Shown: positions 48,162-56,002 of the stretch, piece by piece
Position numbering within the stretch: position 1 is the stretch's first letter
Layout: the number at the start of each line of letters is the position of its first letter
Source of the DNA: a bacterium
GTDB lineage: Bacteria; UBA10199; 2-02-FULL-44-16; JAAZCA01
Assembly: GCA_021810905.1 (NCBI GenBank)
Contig: JAJZQH010000003.1
Coordinates: forward strand, 1,897 to 65,896
Direction of reading: 5' to 3'
DNA length: 64,000 nucleotides
Notes under the pieces: generated by a model
Told to the model about the DNA's origin: nothing
What the model saw: the letters and a program-made list of their open reading frames with translations, nothing else
Databases searched by the model: none
Program-made: the position numbers and the translations under genes

Positions 48162-50009
48162 TCATTTGGCCGCGCTCAACCCGCGCTCCATATCGGGCAG
48201 CATTTTCTTCATCCTGTTCGCCATGAAAAAGGCCTTAAAGAACATCCCCCAGCTGACCAATGAATTCGCAAACAGATTCCACTGCCTCACGATTCTCTCC
48301 GCAACGTTCAAGCCCTCCGTCTCCATCTCTTCGGCGGCCCTGGTATTCTTGGCTATGGCATGCCCGATCTTGATGCTCTCCCACAACTTGCCCATGAATC
48401 CCCTGGAGTCCTTTGACTCAGCCCTTTTTTTACGGGTCGATCTGATCGCCTGCCAAATTTGTCCCATGTTGCGGCCTGCCAGGAATCTCCTTATCGCAGG
48501 GCCTTCTTTCACCATATACTGCAGGAAGAGCAATCCGCCGTACGTTGAAGTGAACAACAGCGCGTGGGGTTCTGTGGCTGGATAGACTGAAACTGCAGTG
48601 CCGATGAGAGATGCGGCTGCGCCTATGCCCAGCGCGTTGACTATATGTTCGGTCGAAAGCTGTCTTGTCCTCTCCGCCACGGTCATTCTGTGCGTTTTTC
48701 CATTCTTCACTTCTACGGTCCCGTTCGGATCGAGACCGCGCAGCCCCCAGTGCTCTTTTAAGTTTCTGATCGTCTTGCCGGCAATCACTCCAAAGCCAAT
48801 GCTCGGAGGGAGCAATGCGAGGAGAAGACCGCCTATGACCAGCGTCTTTGGGACAACAAACGCGTAGTTGGCCCACCGATAAAGCGCCTCTGCGTTCGTG
48901 GATAAGGCGGCAGCGTTGTGTGCCGTCGGCTGAAGTTTTTCCATGGCATCGCTTACATAGGCAGAGTTCTCACGCAGAAAGGAGAAGCGTTCGGGCGCAA
49001 ACAGTGCGGCCCCGAGTATGGCGCTCGAGGCGATGGCCACGGCAAACTTCGGCACACGGGCAATCGCGTTGCCGAGCGAAAAGAGCGCGGCGTTGACGTC
49101 AGGGGTGTTGATCTGTCTGTCCTCTCCCTTTTCCACGGCTGACACGTATTTCTGTTGCTCTGCCTCGAGCATGGATAACCCGCTCTTCGCCTTTGCCCAC
49201 CATCCCAGGATCGACAGCGCAAATGCCCCATTTACCGCAATCGTTCCCGCAATATAACCCGCTTCCCACATGGTTGTGCCCCTGCCGAACAATTGCGCTG
49301 CGCCTATAGCCAGAAGCGTCGCACCTGAACAGACCTTGTCGGCCGTAAACGCCACGTTTCCGAGCAGGTCATAATAGTTTCGGAGATGGAGCTTCGTCCG
49401 CTCATCTTCGCTCAACCTTGTATCTCTGGCGAATGCAGCGGTCGCTGCAATATTGCCTCCGATAGCAAGCAGGTATCGTGCAAGCTTGCCTCCCATATAA
49501 ACATTCGAGTATCCGGCTGATTCGATGTCGATCTGAACCCTCTCAGAAGGGCTGAGGGCATGCCCCATGTGATCGCCGACGAGAAAACGCATCGGGATCG
49601 ACATGACATTTCCGGTATCCTGAGTATGGAGCGGTTCATCCGTGTAGGTGCCGGCCGCAACAAGCGCGCCGCTTATTGCCTCAGCCCTTGCATAATCGCC
49701 GACTGCCGCGGCGGCGCTGGGGACTCCCTGCGTCGACAATCTCCACAATGCCTTTCCGTCGATTCCGCCGTCATGCTGAGATCCTTCCGCAACTGTGGAT
49801 ACAGGGCCAGAGACACCCGACGGAGCAAAGGTTGATGACTGATTTGAAATCGCAGCAGCATCTACTGAGGAAGCGGCCGCAGGGGAAAGGCGGTCATCAA
49901 CGATATCGTCCGCAGTCAGCTCTTCCGTTTCATCAAAAAGAGGCTCCGCAGAAATTGCCGAGCCAAACTGCTCTGCTGAAGCCGTAAGGGAAGCCTGCAC
50001 GCTTACCAT
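48162..50009 (-). CDS. 615-aa hypothetical multi-pass membrane protein with acidic disordered N-terminus
   Basis: ORF 48162..50009 with AAAGGA RBS. No signal peptide and no recognisable family. Several long hydrophobic segments (e.g. GATLLAIGAAQLF, GYIAGTIAVNGAFALSILGWW, TLVIGGLLLALLPPSIGFGVIAG). Confidence 0.6.
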   Translation of the reverse strand: MVSVQASLTASAEQFGSAISAEPLFDETEELTADDIVDDRLSPAAASSVDAAAISNQSSTFAPSGVSGPVSTVAEGSQHDGGIDGKALWRLSTQGVPSAAAAVGDYARAEAISGALVAAGTYTDEPLHTQDTGNVMSIPMRFLVGDHMGHALSPSERVQIDIESAGYSNVYMGGKLARYLLAIGGNIAATAAFARDTRLSEDERTKLHLRNYYDLLGNVAFTADKVCSGATLLAIGAAQLFGRGTTMWEAGYIAGTIAVNGAFALSILGWWAKAKSGLSMLEAEQQKYVSAVEKGEDRQINTPDVNAALFSLGNAIARVPKFAVAIASSAILGAALFAPERFSFLRENSAYVSDAMEKLQPTAHNAAALSTNAEALYRWANYAFVVPKTLVIGGLLLALLPPSIGFGVIAGKTIRNLKEHWGLRGLDPNGTVEVKNGKTHRMTVAERTRQLSTEHIVNALGIGAAASLIGTAVSVYPATEPHALLFTSTYGGLLFLQYMVKEGPAIRRFLAGRNMGQIWQAIRSTRKKRAESKDSRGFMGKLWESIKIGHAIAKNTRAAEEMETEGLNVAERIVRQWNLFANSLVSWGMFFKAFFMANRMKKMLPDMERGLSAAK

Positions 50010-50153
50010 CGCTGCGTCCTTTCGAAAAACAAGTTGCGCTCGTGACCATGCTTTCTGTAATAATGCTCATGACCTCTCTCACCTGGCGCATTAAGCGCAG
50101 ACGTGCTTTAGGAAGTGATTCGCAATCTGTTAATTATTGGTTAGGAGCGCCGC

Positions 50154-50843
50154 ATGGCTAAACTGAAAGTGCTCGTGGTCGACGACGAGGAAGACCTGCA
50201 GGAACTGCTGCGCTACAATCTCGAAAAAGAGGGCTATTCCGTATCGTGCGTCTCATCGGGTGAAGAGGCTCTCGCCTCTGTCAGAAAAAGCGTGCCGGAC
50301 ATCATCGTTCTGGACCTCATGCTTCCGGGCATGGACGGCTTCGACGTCTGCAGGGCGCTGAAGAAAGAGCAGAAGAGTGCGCGCATTCCTATAGTGATGC
50401 TCACTGCAAAAGGTGAGGACACGGACATCGTAGCCGGGCTCGAACTGGGCGCTGACGACTACGTGACCAAGCCCTTCAGTCCCAGGGTTCTGATAGCGCG
50501 GCTGAGAATGGTGCTGCGCCGCAAGCGCAAGGACGATGCGCCGTCTGCTGCAGAAACGATTGAGATACGAAATCTGACGATAGACCCGCAGCGGCACAGG
50601 GTCTCCATCAAGGGCAGGTCCGTCGAGCTCACCGCGACTGAGTTCGCCCTGCTGCATCACCTGGCCGGCAAACCCGGCTGGGTCTTCACGCGCGGCCAGC
50701 TCATCGATTCGATCAAGGGGAGCGACTACGCCGTGACCGAACGCTCGATAGACGTACAGATCGCCGGCCTCAGAAAAAAACTCGGCGCGGCCGGAGAAAA
50801 TATCGAGACGGTGCACGGCGTCGGCTACAGGTTCAAGGAGTGA
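50154..50843 (+). CDS. phoB: OmpR-family response regulator PhoB
   Basis: ORF 50154..50843. Receiver domain (VVDDEEDL, DLMLPGMDG, LTAKG) plus winged-helix C-terminus (LTATEFALLHHLA..VHGVGYRF). Adjacent to phoR and the pst genes. Confidence 0.88.
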   Translation: MAKLKVLVVDDEEDLQELLRYNLEKEGYSVSCVSSGEEALASVRKSVPDIIVLDLMLPGMDGFDVCRALKKEQKSARIPIVMLTAKGEDTDIVAGLELGADDYVTKPFSPRVLIARLRMVLRRKRKDDAPSAAETIEIRNLTIDPQRHRVSIKGRSVELTATEFALLHHLAGKPGWVFTRGQLIDSIKGSDYAVTERSIDVQIAGLRKKLGAAGENIETVHGVGYRFKE

Positions 50844-50846
50844 GAG

Positions 50847-52274
50847 ATGTCGAGAAAGCGGCTCTTGTGGCAGCTCTATCCTTCGTATCTCGCGATCACG
50901 CTGCTGGCGCTCGTGGCGATCGCGATATACTCGTCCAATGCGTTCAAGCAGCTCTTCTACGAACAGACTCTCTCGGAGCTCACGCATTCGGCCAGGCTCG
51001 TCTCGCAGATCATACTTGGATCCAACGCATGGAGCGAGAAGACCATAGACGCAATATGCAAACAGGCGGCCCAGAACTCATCCAAGAGGATAACCGTAAT
51101 CCTTCCCGACGGCGTCGTCATCGGGGATTCAGAGGAAGATCCGGGTTTGATGGAAAATCACGCTGAGCGGCCAGAGGTGAGCGAGGCGCTCGAGGGCTCC
51201 GTGGGAATAGCCACGCGCCACAGCCGTACGCTGGGCAAGGACATGACCTACGCCGCGATACCGCTCTACAAAAACGACAAGGTGGCGGCAGTCGTGCGCA
51301 CGTCGATGCCAACGCGTTCGCTGTCGGAAGTTATGAGCTCTCTGTATGCGGGCATCGCACTCGAAGCCGTGCTCCTCGCCATCCTCGTTGCGGCGATGCT
51401 CCTCGTCATCTCCAGAAAAATAATCAAGCCGCTGGAGAAGATCCGGATCGGGGCACGCAAATTCCTTGAGGGAGATCTCTCATACCGTTTGAGGGTTCAC
51501 GGTTCCGATGAGGTAAAGGCGCTGGCGACGACGATGAACCAGATGGCGGCCGAGCTGCAGGAACGGATCGAGCGCCTCAAGCAGATGGAGAACACGCGCC
51601 GCGAATTCGTAGCCAACGTCTCTCACGAACTCAAGACGCCGATCACCTCCATCAAGGGGTTTGCGGAGACGCTGCGCGACGGTGCGCTGGACGACCCTTC
51701 GCGCGCGAAGCAGTTCCTGGAGATCATAGCTTCGCATGCCGAGAGGATATCCAATATCATCGAGGACCTTCTGCACCTCTCCCGGATCGAGCAGGTGCAT
51801 GAGGTGCAGCAGATACCGCTGGAGCGCAGCGCGATCAGGGAGATGCTCGAGTCCGCGATCCTCATGTGCGAGACCAAGGCTTCGGAGAAAAAAATTACGC
51901 TGGAGCTATCCTGCGACGCCGGGCTCACGGCCCTCATAAATCCTGCGCTGCTCGAGCAGGCGGTCGTGAACCTCATCGACAACGCGATCAAGTACAGCGC
52001 CGAAGGCGGAAAGGTTTTCATCGAAGCGAAGGACGACGCCTCGGGCATGCGCATCTCCGTGCGCGATTCGGGAGTCGGAATACCGCAGGAACACCTGTCG
52101 CGGATTTTCGAGCGATTCTATCGTGTGGACAAGGGTCGGAGCCGCAAGCTGGGCGGCACCGGCCTGGGGCTCGCGATCGTGAAGCACATCGTGGCTGTGC
52201 ACAACGGACACGTCTCCGTCGAAAGCACCGTGGGTCAAGGGAGCAAATTTACGATCCGCCTGCCGGCCGAATAA
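50847..52274 (+). CDS. phoR: Sensor histidine kinase PhoR-like
   Basis: ORF 50847..52274. Two TM segments flank a periplasmic domain, then HAMP. H-box FVANVSHELKTPITSIKG, N-box NLIDNAIKYS, G-boxes DSGVGIP and GGTGLGLAIVK. Confidence 0.85.
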   Translation: MSRKRLLWQLYPSYLAITLLALVAIAIYSSNAFKQLFYEQTLSELTHSARLVSQIILGSNAWSEKTIDAICKQAAQNSSKRITVILPDGVVIGDSEEDPGLMENHAERPEVSEALEGSVGIATRHSRTLGKDMTYAAIPLYKNDKVAAVVRTSMPTRSLSEVMSSLYAGIALEAVLLAILVAAMLLVISRKIIKPLEKIRIGARKFLEGDLSYRLRVHGSDEVKALATTMNQMAAELQERIERLKQMENTRREFVANVSHELKTPITSIKGFAETLRDGALDDPSRAKQFLEIIASHAERISNIIEDLLHLSRIEQVHEVQQIPLERSAIREMLESAILMCETKASEKKITLELSCDAGLTALINPALLEQAVVNLIDNAIKYSAEGGKVFIEAKDDASGMRISVRDSGVGIPQEHLSRIFERFYRVDKGRSRKLGGTGLGLAIVKHIVAVHNGHVSVESTVGQGSKFTIRLPAE

Positions 52275-52423
52275 ACACTTTCGTCAGACGGCGAAGCCGG
52301 AAAACACTCATAATATCAGGATTGGACGGGAGCGATCCGGGGTCTGCGGTCTCCATATCAGGTGAATATTTTCGCTGGCTTTCGATACGAGAGATAGAAT
52401 ATAGACCTGCTTTCAAATGCCGC

Positions 52424-52557
52424 TAATGAATGCTCCCCGCGGCAAGCTGCGGGGTATCATCGGCAACATCTCCGATCACCCTCACCCTTCCCTCTCCCCT
52501 CAAGGGAGAGGGTGGTGGAAACCCCGCAGCAAGCTGCGGGGAATTATCTCATTGATG
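52424..52557 (+). mobile_element. MITE/REP-like three-hairpin element, copy c
   Basis: taatgaatgctCCCCGCGGcaagCTGCGGGGtatcatcggcaacatctccgatcaccctcacccttCCCTCTCCCctcaaGGGAGAGGGtggtggaaaCCCCGCAGCaaGCTGCGGGGaattatctcattgatg. Confidence 0.85.
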
Positions 52558-52618
52558 CATCAACCGTTGATGCATTGAGGCATTTAACCACCAAGCTGCA
52601 GATAGATGGAGGTGTACT

Positions 52619-53983
52619 ATGAAAAGGGTCATATGCTTGCCGATAGTGCTTCTCGCCTTTGTCCTCGTTTCATGTGTCAGCACTTCAAGCGGCACCAGCA
52701 GCGACAGCGGCACCACCAGCGGAACCTCGTCCACGACGATTCCCGCCAAGGCAGCAGTACTGCACAGCACGCCTCCATTCGGCGGGATCATGGTGGCCGA
52801 CAGTGGAGAGGTGATCCTCCCATTGGTCAGCTCCGACGGCAAGACGATCACCGGCGCCATCTGGAACAGCGAGACCGGCGGCACAGTCACGGTCTATCTC
52901 GATCCTTTGACCCACCTGCCCACCAAGACCATCCTTGGAGATTTCATCTTCCTCTTCTCCAACTGGAACGCGAACGCAGGAACCGTGGACATCGCTGAGA
53001 TCTACGGGCCAGGCAACTTCGTACAGTTGTTCAGGGGTGTGAGCGTCTCCTCGCTCGCGATCGCTAACGCCAATCTGAGTTCCAAAGACATGGCCTCCAA
53101 GTCGACGTGTTTCCCGGCCTGCGACTCCGACGCCAAGAATCTCGCGGAGCTCCTCAAGTTCGCGGGGCTGGGCATATCTGTCGGCGCATGCGGCGTGGCG
53201 ACGACCGTCTCGCTTGGAGCGATGGCGCTCCCGTGCGCCGGCGTTCTCGTGAGCACGGCCATCGCCGTTGTGGATACTGATACGTGGCTGCAGAATCTCG
53301 ACGATGCGGAGAGCATTCTTTCGGTGATCGACGCAGCGCAGTGCGCAACGCTCGATGTGGAGAGCTGCATCAGCACGATCCTCGGAGGTCTGAGCGCCCT
53401 CTTCGACAACGCGAGCAAGGTCGAGACCGCATATGCAGATTTTGAAACGAACGCAGATGCGGCGCTGGCAGATCCTGCCCAGCCGAGCGGCGTCATGCCC
53501 GGAAGTGGAGCTTTGCCGATAGCGGCGACAGGCACCTATGAATGCGATCCGAACGGCTCCATGCTCTATGAACCCTGCCTCACGGGCGGGACGAAGACAT
53601 GCCAGGCCGACTTCACCTATTCCGAATGTCCGAATGCGCCTTCCAGCAGCAGCTCAGGCAGCACCGGAGGAAGTGGAGGTTCCGGCGGAAGCGGCGGCAG
53701 TGGTGGAAGCGGAGGCAGCGGTGGAGGCAGCGGCGGGGCGTGTTCCTACAGCTACGATATTCCCAGCATGAAGTGCCCTGGCGAAACCTGCGTTACGTTT
53801 GCGGCTTGTTGCTCCTCATGTTCCATCAGCTCCTGCGTATCTACTTCTGACGAGCACTGCAACGGGGCGTCCTATTATTACAAGGTGTCAGGCGACCCAA
53901 CGCATTACTCGACCAGCTCGGCGTGTCAGTTGGCAGCTAACTGTGTTTACCAGTGTTTTGGCCAGACGGCCACGTGCAACTGA
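52619..53983 (+). CDS. Cys-rich lipoprotein, unknown function (paralog of 16386..17618)
   Basis: ORF 52619..53983. Lipobox FVLVSC. (GGS)n linker. Cys-dense C-terminus. Conserved core at 53098-53245. Confidence 0.75.
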   Translation: MKRVICLPIVLLAFVLVSCVSTSSGTSSDSGTTSGTSSTTIPAKAAVLHSTPPFGGIMVADSGEVILPLVSSDGKTITGAIWNSETGGTVTVYLDPLTHLPTKTILGDFIFLFSNWNANAGTVDIAEIYGPGNFVQLFRGVSVSSLAIANANLSSKDMASKSTCFPACDSDAKNLAELLKFAGLGISVGACGVATTVSLGAMALPCAGVLVSTAIAVVDTDTWLQNLDDAESILSVIDAAQCATLDVESCISTILGGLSALFDNASKVETAYADFETNADAALADPAQPSGVMPGSGALPIAATGTYECDPNGSMLYEPCLTGGTKTCQADFTYSECPNAPSSSSSGSTGGSGGSGGSGGSGGSGGSGGGSGGACSYSYDIPSMKCPGETCVTFAACCSSCSISSCVSTSDEHCNGASYYYKVSGDPTHYSTSSACQLAANCVYQCFGQTATCN

Positions 53984-54002
53984 CCCACCAGGAAATGATT
54001 TG

Positions 54003-54035
54003 AAAAAGGCCACCCTCTGTCCGGGTGGCCTTTTT
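54003..54035. terminator. Bidirectional rho-independent terminator
   Basis: AAAAA-GGCCACCC (54008-54015), 7-nt loop, GGGTGGCC (54023-54030), then TTTTT, between convergent genes. Confidence 0.8.
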
Positions 54036-54059
54036 GCGAATGCAAAGAAATCGATTGTT

Positions 54060-54260
54060 TCACTTGTCGGTAATTGACCAGGTTCCGGACGCGGGCTTGT
54101 GCTTGCCGCAGTGCGGGCATTCGTCCGCGCCGTTCCAGAATGGCTTTCCGCAGTAGGGGCACGGCTTGCGCGCGGCCTTGCAATGAGGGCAGCTCGCTGC
54201 AAGGGGATCCAGAAGTTCTCCGCAGAGGTCGCATGAAATCATGGGATCAGCGATCTTCAT
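54060..54260 (-). CDS. Small double zinc-ribbon protein
   Basis: ORF 54060..54299 trimmed to ATG 54260 (MKIADPMISCDLCGE) behind GGAGGG. Four CxxC pairs (CDLC, CPHC, CPYC, CPHC). Confidence 0.65.
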   Translation of the reverse strand: MKIADPMISCDLCGELLDPLAASCPHCKAARKPCPYCGKPFWNGADECPHCGKHKPASGTWSITDK

Positions 54261-54300
54261 ATGCCCTCCGGATGGAATATTCAGAATATCGTATCGCATT

Positions 54301-55677
54301 TTATCGCTCCGAAACCATGGGCAAAGCCAGCGCGTTCGCGCCGCTCACCAGGTCTTCATAAGAATCGTCGTCCTGTGTCACACGATCTTCCTCTTCTGGG
54401 AACGAAGACTGACCGGTCCCCGCATCGAAGAGGAGATTTTTTTCATCTTCTCCACCCGCATTTCTCACATCCACTACAGAGTGGCCTGCGTGAAATTTCA
54501 CCTGTTCCACACCTGAATCGAGAGCTGCGATCACGCGCCTGGTTACGCTGTGCAATCTGGCCGGGTCATCGTCCATAATGCGGATGTGCATCGAGCCGAG
54601 AATCGCGAAATTGAGGACAGCGATCGGCGTGAAGAATGGAGCCGCGCCTCCGAAGACGCGATCTGCGTGACGCTGCAGATCGTGATGGCGCGCCTCTTTG
54701 CTCCGGGCGGCAATCAGATACGAATTTTCCATATCGAGCAGCCCCGCCATGCCGTTAAAACCTGTGAACCACGGTTTATCGTAAAGAGATTGAAAGAGCC
54801 GCTGCGGCAGCAGCTCATCAACGGGAAAGATATTGAACGTTTCACTGCGCGCCGCTTCATCCGCCATGAGCATGTAGCCCGCGGCAGCCCGATCGTCAGC
54901 TGCGATCCCCTCCTGGAATTCCAGCTCCGTTCGATCATCGGCAATACCGATTCGAGGCGCTGCGACGCCGAACGCATCGAGAACCGAGTGAACCGCGCGC
55001 GACCATTCGGCTTGAGATAACTCGCCCATCGAGTGCGCGCGCATGAGCTCCATCCTGATCTTCGAATCGCCTGCGGCGCTGGAGATCGTGAGCGGCAGTA
55101 GCAGCGGCCTCTGCACAGGAAAAGCCAGATTCACCGCCTCCATGATATGCTCGTGTCTCACTGCGCCATCAGCAGCCATGAGCAGGATATTATTTCCATA
55201 GTCGAACAGTGCGGTGCGCACTGCAGGCCCGCCAGCTTTCCCGCGCAGAATTTCCGCGAGCTCATGCACCCTCTCACCAGCGTTCCTCAACACGCGCACG
55301 TAGTTGTCGCGGAAAAAAACGTACCTGGAAAGCGCTGCGTATCCGGCAAATACCGATTCCAGACTCATCTCCGCGTTACGATCGCGCAAAAGATATCCGC
55401 GCGCGTCTTCTCGGAACCTGCGCACGGTTGAAATGAGCGCTCCATACTCCCGCGCCTTTGGATCCGCGCTCCTGGAAAGCACGGCATGAAAACGAACGCC
55501 CAACGCCGCGTACGTTTGAAACCGCCTCGGATCTTCCACGGCGCTCAAGAGCACAGCGCGGCTCTGTCCGACCAGAGTCGGATCGTCCTCGACGATGGAC
55601 CTCGCCAGCCCCCTGCCGTGCTCCGTCCTGAGGATGGAAAAATCGTAGCCTGATACCGCGCCGCTGGAATCGTACAT
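54301..55677 (-). CDS. 458-aa hypothetical protein with acidic C-terminal tail
   Basis: ORF 54301..55677 with AGGTGA RBS. No family recognised. Its stop lies 40 nt upstream of the zinc-ribbon start. Confidence 0.6.
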   Translation of the reverse strand: MYDSSGAVSGYDFSILRTEHGRGLARSIVEDDPTLVGQSRAVLLSAVEDPRRFQTYAALGVRFHAVLSRSADPKAREYGALISTVRRFREDARGYLLRDRNAEMSLESVFAGYAALSRYVFFRDNYVRVLRNAGERVHELAEILRGKAGGPAVRTALFDYGNNILLMAADGAVRHEHIMEAVNLAFPVQRPLLLPLTISSAAGDSKIRMELMRAHSMGELSQAEWSRAVHSVLDAFGVAAPRIGIADDRTELEFQEGIAADDRAAAGYMLMADEAARSETFNIFPVDELLPQRLFQSLYDKPWFTGFNGMAGLLDMENSYLIAARSKEARHHDLQRHADRVFGGAAPFFTPIAVLNFAILGSMHIRIMDDDPARLHSVTRRVIAALDSGVEQVKFHAGHSVVDVRNAGGEDEKNLLFDAGTGQSSFPEEEDRVTQDDDSYEDLVSGANALALPMVSER

Positions 55678-55827
55678 TCAGATCACCTGTTCGAAAGCCC
55701 TCAGGAAGGCGTATAACGTCAACCCTTACCTCAGAGATAGCAATTTAATAATTTGAATATACACTGTTTTTTGAGATGCTCCAAGTCGCAAATGAATTGA
55801 TGGGCAGAAATAATGCTATCTGTGCGC

Positions 55828-55961
55828 TAATGAATGCTCCCCGCGGCAAGCCGCGGGGTATCACCGGCAACATCGACGATCACCCTCACCCTTCCCTCTC
55901 CCCTCAAGGGAGAGGGTGGCGGAAACCCCGCAGCAAGCTGCGGGGAATCATCTCATTGATG
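55828..55961 (+). mobile_element. MITE/REP-like three-hairpin element, copy d
   Basis: Near-identical to copy c. Lies 41 bp downstream of the cusA stop. Confidence 0.85.
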
Positions 55962-56002
55962 GGCCATCTTGACACACGCGGCAGGATGTTTGCTCGAGAA
56001 GA

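Noticed and set aside
53650-53735. Short tandem G-rich repeats (ggaagtggaggttccggcggaagc..., also 16495-16560) that might suggest a repeat array
   Set aside because: They are in-frame (GGS)n / (GGNT)n linkers inside the lipoprotein genes. There is no spacer/repeat organisation, so this is not CRISPR.
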